64,000 nucleotides of DNA, from positions 61,303,055 to 61,367,054 of the forward strand of contig NC_068986.1 of assembly GCF_001194135.2 (NCBI RefSeq). The letters run 5' to 3'. The notes under the pieces are model-generated. The model made no database searches and was not told the origin of the DNA. It saw nothing but the letters and a program-made list of their open reading frames with translations. Position 1 is the first letter of the stretch, and each line of letters opens with the position of its first letter. Of this stretch, positions 12,601 to 25,909 are shown piece by piece. This stretch comes from Octopus bimaculoides. Taxonomy: Eukaryota. Both the position numbers and the translations under genes were made by a program.

Positions 12601-13653
12601 ACCTCCATTCATCTAATCCTTTCAAGCCCGTTTCTTTCGTCTAATAGCCCTGTCAACCATATTGTTCCACCACCACGTTACTTTGGGCCGAGAAGGGACT
12701 TTGCACCATCCACAGATCTGGTCAGTGGCTCTCAGCAGGTTGTCCCGTAGAAACCTCCAATTGTCTTCCACATTATGTGATGCTATATCCCCTTTTATTT
12801 TGTCAAAAGCTTCGAGTAACACATCTCTAAATCTCTGTCCATTTGCAGGATCTTTAAGCTTCCAGACCCTTCTCCAAGCTGGTCTACTTCTGGGCATTCA
12901 TTTAGCCTTGATCCCGAAGTCGCTAACTACTAATCTGTGTTGAGGGGTACATTCTTTGCCTGGGAAGGTTTTGGCATTTATAAGCAATCCTCTTTCCCTT
13001 TTTCTGGTGAGGATGTAGTCGATTTGGCTAGTGTGTCTGCCAGAACGGTAGGTGACAAGGTGACAGGCAGGTTTCCTGAAGTTGGTATTGCAAACCATAA
13101 GATCATTTGCATCACAGAACTCCAGCAGTCTAGTTCCCTCCTCATTGTGGGAACCGAAGCCATAGCCTCCATGTATGCCATGGAGGCTCCCTGTATGTTG
13201 TTCAACATGTCCATTGAAATCACCTGCCACAAAGAGAAGGTCCCTGTCATTCGACAATGAGGTAGTCTGCTAAAGGGTGTCATAAAATTGGTCTTTCTGC
13301 CCATCTGGTAGCCCTGGTTGAGGGGCATAGGCTGAGATGACGGTAGCTAACCTATGGTGAAGCACTTATCTAATCTTAAGTACTCTGTCACATACTCTGA
13401 CTACCTCGATTACCTTATCAACCCATTTGTCTGCAAGAAGTATACCCACGCCCCCGACCCCATCAGTGTTCCCTGCCCAGACAATCTTGTACCTGTGTTC
13501 TTTGCCTGTGAGGACCCTAGCGGAACCTCCTCTCCACCTTACTTCTTGGATGCAGCACAAATCTACGTGTCTCCATTCAAGCATTTCAACAATCTCACCA
13601 GACCTACCTTTCAGTGTGCCGACGTTGAGAGTGCCAATTCTGATGGTATGGGA
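9636..13653 (-). mobile_element. RTE-clade LINE copy A (APE endonuclease + RT + structured 3' UTR); 5' end runs into a gap
   Basis: CIQEVRWRG, AGDFNGHV and SQIDYIL (APE); KAPGP, QFGF, DMEKAFDRVP and LYADDLAL (RT); (GAT)n tail at 9636. Confidence 0.95.
12264..12484 (-). mobile_element. tRNA-derived SINE (family 1) inserted in RTE copy A
   Basis: Head GAGCTGGCAGAAACGTTAGC..GAGTTCAAATTCC and core GCCTTTCATCCTTTC. A 15-bp TSD CTCACACACTGT(C/T)TT lies at 12249-12263 and 12485-12499; the uninterrupted site is present in RTE copy C near 30760. Confidence 0.92.
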
Positions 13654-14559
13654 NNNNNNNNNNNNNNNNNNNNNNNNNNNNNNNNNNNNNNNNNNNNNNN
13701 NNNNNNNNNNNNNNNNNNNNNNNNNNNNNNNNNNNNNNNNNNNNNNNNNNNNNNNNNNNNNNNNNNNNNNNNNNNNNNNNNNNNNNNNNNNNNNNNNNNN
13801 NNNNNNNNNNNNNNNNNNNNNNNNNNNNNNNNNNNNNNNNNNNNNNNNNNNNNNNNNNNNNNNNNNNNNNNNNNNNNNNNNNNNNNNNNNNNNNNNNNNN
13901 NNNNNNNNNNNNNNNNNNNNNNNNNNNNNNNNNNNNNNNNNNNNNNNNNNNNNNNNNNNNNNNNNNNNNNNNNNNNNNNNNNNNNNNNNNNNNNNNNNNN
14001 NNNNNNNNNNNNNNNNNNNNNNNNNNNNNNNNNNNNNNNNNNNNNNNNNNNNNNNNNNNNNNNNNNNNNNNNNNNNNNNNNNNNNNNNNNNNNNNNNNNN
14101 NNNNNNNNNNNNNNNNNNNNNNNNNNNNNNNNNNNNNNNNNNNNNNNNNNNNNNNNNNNNNNNNNNNNNNNNNNNNNNNNNNNNNNNNNNNNNNNNNNNN
14201 NNNNNNNNNNNNNNNNNNNNNNNNNNNNNNNNNNNNNNNNNNNNNNNNNNNNNNNNNNNNNNNNNNNNNNNNNNNNNNNNNNNNNNNNNNNNNNNNNNNN
14301 NNNNNNNNNNNNNNNNNNNNNNNNNNNNNNNNNNNNNNNNNNNNNNNNNNNNNNNNNNNNNNNNNNNNNNNNNNNNNNNNNNNNNNNNNNNNNNNNNNNN
14401 NNNNNNNNNNNNNNNNNNNNNNNNNNNNNNNNNNNNNNNNNNNNNNNNNNNNNNNNNNNNNNNNNNNNNNNNNNNNNNNNNNNNNNNNNNNNNNNNNNNN
14501 NNNNNNNNNNNNNNNNNNNNNNNNNNNNNNNNNNNNNNNNNNNNNNNNNNNNNNNNNNN

Positions 14560-14598
<39 letters not shown>

Positions 14599-14629
14599 GG
14601 CAGAGAGGGAGGGGGTCAGGCAGTAAGTA

Positions 14630-16670
14630 CATCACAAGGAGAATATTCTTTGGGATTTTCGGTAACAAAATTGAATGAAACAACAAATGCCTAAATCGTG
14701 AGACAGAAGTGAAAAATATTTTTTGTTAAATGATATTCTGCTTTGATTGCCCTCTTTAGAAGACTCAACACTGGCTATTGACAACTGCCACTTAACTAAT
14801 TCACTAATCCTGCCCCTGTGGTCTTTACAAGCTACTAAAGACATGTTCAACTTCCAGTAATTGGATCTCAACCTATTGGGCATTATCTAAGTCAGCTCAG
14901 TAGATCACAAATTTGTGATCTGTGTAGCCAACTAGTTTGAACTGTGGACATTCTACACTATCCCTAACTGTTGGTTGAACACTCTAACTAGATATGATCT
15001 GTATGGCCTGCTGTGGTTGCTCTATATCCACACCGGTATACTAGAGATATCCAATCAGTACCTGTCAGACAGCTGGAAATTTCTGAGCAGGTTTTCAAGG
15101 TTTTTGTACCCCTTTCTCTTTTGTGCTAGTTCCACACAGCTCATCAGTGTATCTAAAATCGAATTCCAATTTCCTACGAACTAAAGTGATAAGAATTTCC
15201 CCAGGAATGCTTCTACATATCTAAAGAAATGTAACCTTCCAGTCCTTTCAGAGCATAAACAACCATGAATCTAAAGGCACTACCTTTGCTGTCAATTTAC
15301 ATCCAGGATCACCGACTAACTGTCAAGGTCCAAAAAGATTGCTTGTACCTTGAGATTCAAGAATTTCCAAAATAATATTGCTACCCTATCACAAAAACCC
15401 AACAGACCATGAGGAATATCTTATAGTCATTGAAAATGAGCATATATGCATGCACTCCAAAGACCCTGATCTCGCTGATGGCTATTACATCTATGTCAAA
15501 CAACCTAAAAATCATTGAGCAAATGACCTTGCTTCCAGGTTGATCCTGGACCCCACACATTTATACATCTGATTATGAGAATAGCTATGTGTGTCAGAAT
15601 AAAAAAAAAAAAGAGGTCAGTTAATTCAGTTTCTTTATTGCTGCAGGAAGAATTAGTGAAAAGCCTTCCTAAAGTTCATTTATCCAGCTTTAAATGAAAC
15701 GTTTTTTTTTTAAAGTTTCAAATAAGTGTTTATGTGTCTGAATTAACAGCTAGCCATGAGAGGGTTTTCAACAAGAGTTCATCTAAACCCTTCCTTCTTG
15801 GGACAATGTTTTTGGTTCCTGTTACCTCTTCCGTCAGATCATTGATGCTCTTTCAACAACTTTGAAACTGATGAATCCCAGACCAATTTTCTTTTCAATA
15901 TTTTTTTCATATCAAGCAAGGTATGTGGGTCTTTACTTACTACACATGCCATCACCCACCAAATACCTAATTCTGGTGGTATATCTGATATTTTAATTTT
16001 TGCCACATGCTGACCAAATAAATCCCCATCTTTGCACTGGACCATTGAATGTTTTTGTGCCAGAGCTTCTGAGAGTAATCTCACTTTCACAGAGCCATAT
16101 TACCTTTCTTGAGTTATAAAGACTACATCAGCCCATAATCCCTTAACTTCTTATAAAGTCTACATTTTTCAACTTGGGTGTGTGAGGCATTAAAAACCAT
16201 TGATTTGTAATAGAAATACTTTGATATAAAATAGATATTCTGGCAATCCTTTCCATAAATTCTGAAAGGACATTGATTTAGGTTTACTGTTTCCTCTGTT
16301 AAAGAGCTTTCCTGCATTCAAGTTCCTATATTCTTCTTCCAATAAAACCTGCTCCTGAAACCTTGTTACTCCAGCAAAGGAGTTGTTATTGATGCTGTTG
16401 TTATTGACGCTGTTGTTGTTGATACTGTTGTTGTCATAGTTACTGTTGGTGGTGATTGTAGTATTTCCAGAAGTCAAAGCAAATGTCTATGGTGGTGTAC
16501 AATATAGTATAGCTTGTGATTGCGAAGGTAGTGTTTGTCATCAATATTGTTATTGCTGTTGCTTTGTTACTTTATTAAAAAATTTTCTTGTTCTCACTGT
16601 GTTGTTATTGTTGTTGTTGTTAAATCCTGTCCTTTGCTTTGTAATCAGACAACATAGATTCACTTGATTC
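14630..16670 (-). mobile_element. Tx1/L1-like LINE remnant (ORF1 relic + APE endonuclease)
   Basis: YWKLNMSL and SYLVRVF..DHKF APE motifs; KISDIPPELGIWW is homologous to MNVPPEIFITWL in the 55-57 kb ORF1 region. Confidence 0.75.
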
Positions 16671-16767
16671 AGTATCAACTATGCCTGGAGTTTCTCTCTC
16701 CCCTCTCCCGCATAACATCAACATTAATCTCTTTCATTTTCCTCCTACCTCATAATGATAATAATAC

Positions 16768-16975
16768 TGGTTTTAAATTTTGGCACAAGGCCAGCACTTT
16801 GGGGGTAGGAGTAAGTCAATAACATCAACCCCAGTACTCAACTGGTACTTATTTTATCAACCCCAAAAGGCTGAAAAGAAAAGTCAACCTCTGTGTAATT
16901 TGAAGGCAGAATGTAAAGATGGATGAAATGCTGCAAAGTATTTTGCCTAGGGTGCTAACAGTTATGCCAGCTTGA
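16768..16975 (-). mobile_element. degraded SINE (family 1)
   Basis: AACCCCAGTACTCAACTGGTACTTATTTTATCAACCCCAAAAGG core, similar to 12264-12484. Confidence 0.75.
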
Positions 16976-17101
16976 ATAATTTTATATTTGGTTGGTATAG
17001 GTTAGGTAGATGTGCATCTCATAAATACAGCATCATCTATTCACATATTTTAGGCCAGTATTGACTGTATTATGTATAGTTTTAGTTGTTTCTGTTTTCA
17101 G

Positions 17102-17130
17102 TCTAATAACTGGATTCTTTCTTATGGCAA
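17102..17130 (+). CDS. candidate micro-exon E1 (29 nt) of an unidentified host gene: LITGFFLMA
   Basis: GTTGTTTCTGTTTTCAG|exon|GTGAGC. An in-frame upstream acceptor also exists at 17054. Confidence 0.55.
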
Positions 17131-18455
17131 GTGAGCAATCAAATAAAGAACACCAGGTTGTGAGAAGTGGCAATGAAAATGCTAAGGCTTTATGTAATGA
17201 ATTTAAAATAGGGGTTAGTACCGTCTTAATGTATGGACAGGGCATACTAGGCAGGAGTGTCTCTCAGTCAAGAGGCACAATTCTGATCTATGTATGATGC
17301 TGTGGCTTGCTGTCAAATAAAAACTACAGGACCCATTTATTTTGGTGGGGGGGGGCCTATAAATGCTGCTGTGACAGTCCTGACAGTTGCTAGTTGTTGT
17401 TCAACTCAAGATTAACCCTGATGAAACAGATTTATGATCAAAAGTGTTCTGACCATGACCATCAATGTATATAGCACCTCATTATTTAATGTGTACAAGC
17501 ATCCTCCATGTTATAGAAACTTTGGCTTTGGAATTTTGCACCTATAGATATTATAAAATACAACTAATAATTTCAGCCTGTACTTACAAAAGCTTGGATA
17601 GATTTTAACAACTTTAAAAACTAAAATTATGATACATGTATATGTATAAAAATATCTTTCTTTTTTTTTTGTTTAGAAATAGTATATATTGTGACTTTAA
17701 TGCACCCAATTGCACTTGACATCAATTTTCTATCTCCAGTCACTGCATTTTGTTCCTTACAGTTTAACAATTCTTAAGTTTTTAATTTTTTTCTCTTTAC
17801 AAACTTCTTTTTTTATATTTATCATTCCTGTCAGCAGATACCTATTTCCCCTCCACCATGCACCAGTTCAACTGACCTGGGTCTTAAGTTCAATCATACA
17901 ATAGTGTACAAATCTCATCATTGGGCAGCACTTCTTCACCCCTTTCATTTTCATTCTTGTATCCAAGGTAATAAATAGGGCTCACCACATTTTTGCCAAT
18001 GAAGAGTCAACTTTTGTATGCATGATGGAGGGGATACATACCTAACTATGATATCACTACATCTCCATTGATTCCCTCATGTTTTTCTCTCCAAATGTCT
18101 TTATGTACCCATACTGTGTATATTTGAAAATTGTTATTTTCCTGCATGAAGTAATTGTGCTTGTTTAAATTCTTGTCAGAACGCATCTCATTTTATAATA
18201 TGGAAGTCAATGGAAAAATATTAGAATTCCACATTATAGCAAGATTTTCAAGAATATATCCTATTTTCTATTTTTAAAAAAGAGTTATTTGCAGAAGATT
18301 TGGTTACCATTTCTACTAGTTCCAGCAGCCATGTAGCTGTTCTCTCATTGACTTGCTGAAGCAATAATTCATAACAGTGGTAGGAGGTTCCTAAGGACAT
18401 TCAAAATCTGAACAAATCAGCATTTGATTCTTAACATAGTTTAATATAATAATAA

Positions 18456-20664
18456 TGCAGAGATGCTCAAAATATCTGGCAGTGTCGGCTATAGCCTAGT
18501 CACCCATATAGTTAACCAGGTGATATATGAAGGAGTCATACACAATGACTGGTGTAGCAGCACCATAGTCAACTGCTACAAAGGTAAAAGTGAGGCTTTA
18601 GATACAAATAATTACAGAGGTATCAAGTTGTTGGATCAGGTAATGAAGGTCACGGAGAGGGCCATAGCCCAACTAATTAGGGAGTGAGTCAGTTTAGATG
18701 AGATGCAGTTTGGGTTCGTGCCAGGAAAAAGCACCACTGCTGCTATATTTCTGGTAAGACAGCTGCAGGAGAAATACCTAGTCAAAGATAAACCTCTGTA
18801 CTTGGCTTTCATTGACATGGAGAAAGCCTTTGACAGGGTCCCCCAATCCCTAATCTGGTGGTCAATGACGAAACTAAGGATAGATAAATGGTTAGTGACA
18901 GCTGTGCGAGCCATCTACAGGGATGCTGTCAGTAAGGTGAGGGTTGGAAATGAGTACAGTGAAGAATTCTGGGTAGAGGCAGGGGTCCACCAAGGTTCAG
19001 TCTTCAGCCCCCTCCAATTTATCATAGTCCTCCAGGCAATAACACAGGAATTCAAAACAGGATACCCCTGGGAGCTCCTCTATGCTGATGACCTTGCTCT
19101 AATTGCTGAGTCACTATCAGAACTTGAGGATAAGTTTCAGGTGTGGAAGCAAGGACTAGAATCGAAGGGTCTTAGAGTCAACCTAACTAAAACCAAAGTC
19201 CTAATAAGTAGGAAGGTAGATCTGTAGAAAAGGCATAGGTAGAAACTCTATAAGATGTACCCAGTGTAAGCTATGGACACATAAGAGGTGCAGCAATATC
19301 AAAGGAAGGTTAACTAGCATGATAGTTTTTTTTTATGTGGCAGATGCTGAGGAGCAATAAACACTGAAAATGTGCAGAGAACAACCTCTGCCATATTCCA
19401 AAGAGAAAAACTAGAAGTAGTTGATAGCTTCCGTTACCTAGGTGACCAAGTCAGTAGCGGGGGAGGGTGCGCTGAAAGTGTAGCTGGTAGAATAAGAATA
19501 GCCTGGTCAAAGTTCAGAGAGCTCTTACCTCTGCTGGTGACAAAGGGTCTCTTGCTCAGAGTAAAAGGCAGACTGTATGACAATTGTGTACGAACAGCCA
19601 TGCTACATGGCTGTGAAGCATGGGCCGTGACTGCTGAGGACATGCGTAAGGTTGCAAGAAATGAAGCTAGTATGCTCCGATGGATGTGTAATGTCAGTGT
19701 GCATACTCGACAGAGTGTAAGTACCTTGAGAGAAAAGTTGGACCTAAGAAGCATCAGATGTGGTGTGCAAGAGAGACGATTGCGCTGGTATGGTCATGTG
19801 GCGAGAATGGATGAGGATAGCTGAATGAAAAAGGGCACCTGTGGAAGAGGTAGACCCAGGAAGACCTGGGATGAGGTGGTGAAGCACGACCTTCGAACAT
19901 TAGGCCTCACCGAGTCAATGACTATTGACTGGGACCTTTGGTAATATGCAGTACATGAGAAAACCCAGCAAGCCAAGTGAGGGCATAATCTGTGGCCTCT
20001 GCTAGAAGTGTAGCCAGCCCACTTAAGTGTACCTTTCCTTCTTTGGGCACTAAACTCTGCTAGCGAAGACCTGTTGAGGCAAGTGAAATCGAAATCGAAC
20101 CAAATTCGACGACTGGCACCCATGCCAACCTTCCTTCATTGGACACTAAACTCTGCTTGCGAAGACGTGTTGGGGCAAGTGAAATCGAAACTGAACCAAA
20201 TTCGATGACGTACACCCGTGTCAGTGGAGCGCTAACAGCCCCATCCGAGTGGAATCATTGCCAGAGCAACTGTCTGCCTTCCATGCCGGTGGCACATAAA
20301 AGGCACCATTTCAGCATGATCATTACCAGCATTGCCGTACTGGCACTTGTGCCGGTGGCACGTGAACAAAACATTTGAACGAGGTCGTTGCCAGTGCCGC
20401 TGGACTGACTCCTGTGTAGGTGGCACTTAAAAACACCATTTGAGCATGGCCGTTACCAGAAGCGCATGACTGGCCCTCGCGCCAGTGGCACGTAAAAGCA
20501 CCCATTACACTCCCGGAGTGGTTGGCGTTAGGAAGGGCATCCAGCTGTAGAAACTATGCTAGATTGGATTAGAGCCTGGTGCAGCTATCTGGTTCGCCAG
20601 TTCTCAGTCAAATTGTCCAACCCATGCTAGCATGGAAAGCGGGCATTAAACAATGACGATGATG
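18456..20664 (+). mobile_element. RTE LINE copy B, 5'-truncated
   Basis: QFGFVPGKST, KAFDRVP and LYADDL RT motifs, 3' UTR and (GAT)n tail; same family as copies A and C. Confidence 0.95.
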
Positions 20665-20679
20665 AATATAAAACTGAGA

Positions 20680-22400
20680 CTGAAAATAAGGCAAAAGTGA
20701 CATCGGATAAAAACCCTGTGTGGAAATGACAAGTAGAACTATGCAGAAGCAATAACAATAACAACAACCAGTAGCAGCAACATCCCAAAATGGCTTAACC
20801 AAGACAGAAAAAACACAGAACCCATAGAATTACCGGCTTAGCACCTACCTACCAAATAATACAAAAATCATTACATCTGTTAATACTTGTCAACAACATA
20901 GATCAAATACAAAAAGTAATTTAACAGTATACTACACTAATGGATGGAGAAGAGCCCCAAATCTACAAAATCCATCCAACAATTATTAAACTCATCATGG
21001 AGAGTAAACCTAGAAGACCACCATGAATACTTACTATACAGATCAATCAAGGCTGATCAACTACCACCACTCTCACCGCTAATCTTCTGCCTTATACTTA
21101 TGATACTAGCAATTTACTAAACAACAGTCACAGATACAACTCACAAAATAGCAAAGTGAACCACCTGTTCAACATTGACAATGTCAAGACATTTGCCACA
21201 GGCAATGACCAGTAAAAGGATCTATTTATTATAATAAAAACCTTCTGAAATTATATCAAGACAGAGTTCTGAATCAACAAGTATATAAAACAAAAATTGA
21301 CCAAGATTGCAAATTTAGACCTTGACAATAACACTGTAATTGAGGAGCTAGACCAGTGTGGTACATAGATGAAGAAAGAAAACAGTATACATCACTGCCA
21401 TGAAGGAAAAAATCTGGAAATAGTACTACAGGAGAATGCATCTGGTACTAAACTCAATGAGGCTAACAGAGTGATTAACAGCCTGGAAATAATCATAATA
21501 ATGTACTTCTGCAACACCATGAACTGGAAACTGAATGGCATCAAGAGACTGAGCACCAAGACAAGAAAGATGCTGACTACAGAGAAGATGCACTACCTGG
21601 AAGCAGATGCTGATAGTTACACCTACTAAGAACTTTAGAAAGAAGAGGCCTAGAACAAAATAAATTGAACAGGACACATACCTGACAAAAACAGGTTGCC
21701 CTCTCCTCAGATCTACTCAACCAAGAAAGAAGCTGCATTATTAAAAAAAGAAAGACTGATGTTCCAATAATCCCAACAAGAAACAAGGTGACTACCATCT
21801 ACATAAATGATGGAAATAGAAGCTAAAACAGCATCCGCAGCTGCAATTACAGAAAAACCTGTGAATACAAGGTAATGCACAAGATGTACCAATAAACAAT
21901 TGCAAAAAGCAGATATGGACCAATGACTAAGGAGTAGCATATTGAAAACAGAGGACCGGAAAATTTCAGAGTCATCCAACCAGATACCACCACCATTGCA
22001 TAATCAAGGATGGAACAGACTCACAATCCTTGATATGTGGAAAATATAACGAAATCATTGACCACATAGTTTCTGCATTCCTAGAACAGGCAGAGACCAA
22101 ACAGATTCACAGGCATAACAAGGCAGTAGCATACCTGCACCAGAGAAAATGCAGGACTTACAAGATCATGACGACTAAGCAGTAATATGAATATCAACCA
22201 AACACAACCATTGGCAAAAATGAAGTTATCCTCTGAAACATACCTGTCTAAACTAATCAACAAGCATGAGATCATTATCAGGGGTTAGAAGTATAAGTGC
22301 ATAGCCATCAACATATAAATGTTATCTATGCAGTCCAGAAAACTGCCCAACAAAAAACAGTCACAAACTACAGAGAACACTGTGACTTTCTTTGTATAGC
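20680..22400 (+). mobile_element. R4/Dong-like (RLE) non-LTR retrotransposon remnant
   Basis: SPLIFCL, KVNHLFNIDNVKTF (cf. INHLLYMDDLKLY), RHNKAV and a QKT..-type C-terminus, all typical of R4-clade ORFs; heavily decayed. Confidence 0.7.
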
Positions 22401-22499
22401 AATTCAAGTCAGTTTGGGCTCAGCTGTACATGATGTAAGATAAGAAACTCATAGAAAATCATAAGATAATGAAAATAACAATCATGATCTTATTTACAG

Positions 22500-22521
22500 C
22501 CTGTGACCTGTGCCAATCAAT
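22500..22521 (+). CDS. candidate micro-exon E2 (22 nt): (T)CDLCQS
   Basis: GATCTTATTTACAG|CCTGTGACCTGTGCCAATCAAT|GTATGT; phase fits E1 and E3. Confidence 0.55.
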
Positions 22522-22916
22522 GTATGTTTGAGTGAGATGTTTAATCCATTACCCAGTTTGATATCATCACCTGGATGTAATTTTTTAGCAGAGTTTACTT
22601 TCTTGCAAGCATTTGTGTCATGATAGTTTCCTGGTGTCATGATAGTTTCCTCCGTTCCTCTCAGCACTCTCAGAAACCCAGCACTTCCACCTTTCACTAA
22701 GCCATATTATTTTAAATGTAAAAAATGTGTAAGTGCTGTTGTCTAGTTGAGATATCTGTTCAAAGAAACAGGTTATTGACATTTTATTTTGTTGTGGTTG
22801 CCACCTTATCCTTATCGTGAGTTACAATCATGAGATTTATTTCTTAAAGTATTTGTCTTGCTGTAGAGATTCATGAAAAAATACAGCAAAGTGGTTTCTC
22901 TATTAACTTCCCCCAA

Positions 22917-22944
22917 GAGCTTAGGAGGTTTTGAATTCAAAACT
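22917..22944 (+). CDS. candidate micro-exon E3 (28 nt): (I)ALGGFEFKT
   Basis: TTTCTCTATTAACTTCCCCCAAG|exon|GTGAGC, with a branch-point-like TTAAC. Confidence 0.55.
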
Positions 22945-23654
22945 GTGAGCAAATAAAATACTTCAACATATCTATTTTACAGTGCCTACCAGCAAAATCT
23001 ATGTCTATGGCACTTATTTATTTACATGTGAATTGTATTGTCTATGCCCGGGGCATACTACTGGCAATTCCAGTAATTAGATATGAACCATCAACCATTT
23101 GGCCAGTAGGGTGGTAATCTATCAACTCACTAAGACTCATTAGAAGTTTGAGTGAAGTTCTTAGGAGATGACATGGCAAATAATGATAAAAATTAATTCA
23201 AACATCAAAGAAAATTTCCCAAGAACATAAGACTGCTATGATGCGGCAGTAAATGTTGAAACAATTAGATGAAATTTTAGCAGCTTATTCACTCCCTCTC
23301 CACATTAAATGGACATAGATAGAATAACAATATTTATTACATATGCAGTACTGATAATGGAACATGATATATATGACAAAATAAGTGGAACTAATTGACA
23401 GCAATTATTAAATTATCATGTGAAACACACAACTTCAATCTGTTGCTACTTAAATGTCATCGTTTGATGGTTGTACACAATGTAACATTAGCTCTCTTTC
23501 TGTCTCACACACTCAAATGTGTGTTGGGGGTGGGGGGAGAATAATTTTTTTCAACATATATATATGAATCTACAATGATTACGTGGAACTTGTCACACAA
23601 ATATTGGAGCAGGCAGGCTGACAGACAGACAAATGCATGTCTATAAATATATGG

Positions 23655-23800
23655 TAAATTGGCAGAATCATTAAACCATGCTGCACCAGGTTCCAGTCTG
23701 AATTTGGCTAGAAACTCTGCACTCTGAGTTCAAGTTAAGGGGATCAATTATGCTTTTTATTTTTTTCAAGGTTGATAAAAAAAATTATCAATCTAGGGCA
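23655..23800 (+). mobile_element. degraded SINE (family 1)
   Basis: TTGGCAGAATCATTA..CTGAGTTCAAG..AAGGTTGATAAA, similar to the family-1 head and core. Confidence 0.55.
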
Positions 23801-24016
23801 TATTGAGTAGGTTTATGTTTATACTGAAAGAAAACGAAAATATTCAATACGGAAAAAAAATTTAAAGAATGGATAACTATTTAAATTTTTGCCTTTGTCT
23901 CTGATACTATATTCTTGCAATACAATTTTCTTTTCTAAATATATTCACTATATCATGCTTGCTTTTGTTATTCTGAGAAAGTATAATAAAAAACATATAA
24001 ATATTACTTTTCTCAG

Positions 24017-24036
24017 ATACACAACCTTTTAAAACT
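24017..24036 (+). CDS. candidate micro-exon E4 (20 nt): IHNLLK
   Basis: ATATTACTTTTCTCAG|ATACACAACCTTTTAAAACT|GTAAGT. Confidence 0.6.
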
Positions 24037-24211
24037 GTAAGTATATCTTTTAAAACCATTTTTCTTATTATTTTGCCCTAAAATATTTCAAAATTTGCTG
24101 TCTTGATCTTTCAATTTCATGGCATTCAGTACCCTGAAATTTTGGTCTTTCACACTTTAGTGTTCTGATTTTCTTGGTTCTTAGAATTTCAGCCTTTCCA
24201 TGTTTGGTATT

Positions 24212-24398
24212 TCTTGTAGAAAATATGTTGAATATTCATAACTGCAAGATTACACAGCTTGCTTCAGAAGGCTACACTGTACGGTTCCTTAGCATCCTTT
24301 CGTGCATAGTGGTATCGTCCCTTTTATGGCTGCCAGCTCATTCATCTTTCATCTCATGATTTTCACATGATTGCACAAGACTTCCCTTGAGAGTTATA

Positions 24399-24454
<56 letters not shown>

Positions 24455-24479
24455 GATACCAAAATCAGCATTTATCACA
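24212..24479 (-). repeat. 3' LTR with (TA)n expansion
   Basis: Direct repeat of 28443-28672. Confidence 0.9.
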
Positions 24480-25697
24480 TTATTCCTCCTTGAAAAGGTT
24501 TGGCTTTTGACATCTTGTTGCAATTCTTGCACTTCGCCTCAGTTGAGAACTTGATGAAATTTTCATGTTCTATCTGCGATGGCTAGCATTATCAATAATA
24601 AACTGTCCCACTTCTTCTATAACTCCAGTGTTGGTGTCATGCCTAGCCTGGGAATTTGATATGGTCACACTGTCACTATTAGGCATACTTGGAGACTCAT
24701 TGTGCCAGGTGTTGTGCTCAATTTTGGTTCTGGTTCCCATGTGTTTAGCAGGACCAGTTGCTCAACTGCCACTAACTGCAATGGGCAACCTTCCTTCTTA
24801 ATCCATGCAGTATTCTTTCCGGCATGTATCACATATTTTGCCTTGGATGCAACCTTGTCGAACATGGTTTTGTGTACTACATCCTCACCTATTTCAAAGA
24901 ATAGGTTTACAACAACCCTCAATGGTCTTTTCATTAACTTTTTGGCTGGTGATAATTTACAACCACCCAAGGCACTCCAATAGTTGAACAGAATTTTGTT
25001 CAAGTAGTTGCTGAAATTTCCTGTCTTACGATCAAAATGTTTCAGTGCAGCTTTTACAGTTTGTACAGCCCTTTCAGCAGCACCGTTAGATGCCAGACTG
25101 TAAGCTGATGTCTCAATCTTTCTGCAACCTACTGATGATAACATATTCTTTAACACAACAAATTCAGGCCCATTGTATGATACTAAAGCCGTGGGCACAT
25201 CAAAACAAGCAATGACACCAAGTAGCTTGCTTTTTACCACTTCAGTTGAGCAATTAAGACACAAGAATGCCTCAATCTATGTTGAATAGGCATCTACAAT
25301 TACAAGTATGTTACTAATGTTTGGAACATGTGCCCAAACCATATGCACACATCCCCAAGGCCCAGAAATAGATCATGTATCATTTGCTTTTACTAAATTT
25401 GGCCAAACTCTGGCAACTATCGCAAGATTTGACAAACTTCTCCACCAACTAAGCCAACACAGGTCACCAAACACAGAGTTGTGCCTTTTTAATTGTTTAT
25501 TGAATACCCATGTCTGTGTTGTGTATTTTAGCTAATGCTGTGACTCTATAAAGTGCTGGAATAAATAGGCGATTTTTGTGATATATTATGCCATTTTTGC
25601 ATGTTAGAAAATCATCCTTCTCTTTAACAAATGCATGTTCCAAATTCAAGACTGATCTCCCATTTTGCTGTAAAATTCTTTCCTTTATTTTGTTCTA

Positions 25698-25909
25698 TAG
25701 GCTGTCCACAAGGTCTGGGTACATGGAGTAAATAAAATCATAACATAAACAATTAAATATAAGAAATAATAATTTCTTAAAGTATGTGTTAATCCCCATG
25801 TGGGTACATGGAGTAAATAAAATCATAACATAAACATTTAAATATAAGAAATAATAATTTCTTAAAGTATATGTTAATCCCCATGTACCCAGACTTTGTG
25901 GACACCCTG
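25698..25909. mobile_element. Tc1/mariner-type MITE inserted in the Gypsy pol region
   Basis: TA TSDs, TIRs of the CAGGGTGTCCACAAAGTCTGGGTACATGG type, and an internal 85-bp tandem duplication (25716-25800 / 25801-25885). Confidence 0.88.

Noticed and set aside
17054-17297. 78-aa hydrophobic ORF; VLVVSV resembles the AOAH saposin domain
   Set aside because: The match is only 6 residues with no further similarity. A stronger internal acceptor (17101) and donor (17131) explain the region as a micro-exon.
17829-17968. Open 45-codon stretch ending at CCAAG|GTAATA
   Set aside because: Its phase does not fit the E1-E2 chain, and the peptide has no recognisable features.
22494-22697. Minus-strand ORF with LHPGDDIKLG (FHA-like) and a 17-bp repeat at 19-nt period
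   Set aside because: There is no other FHA motif or convincing splice context, and it overlaps candidate + strand exon E2 in antisense.
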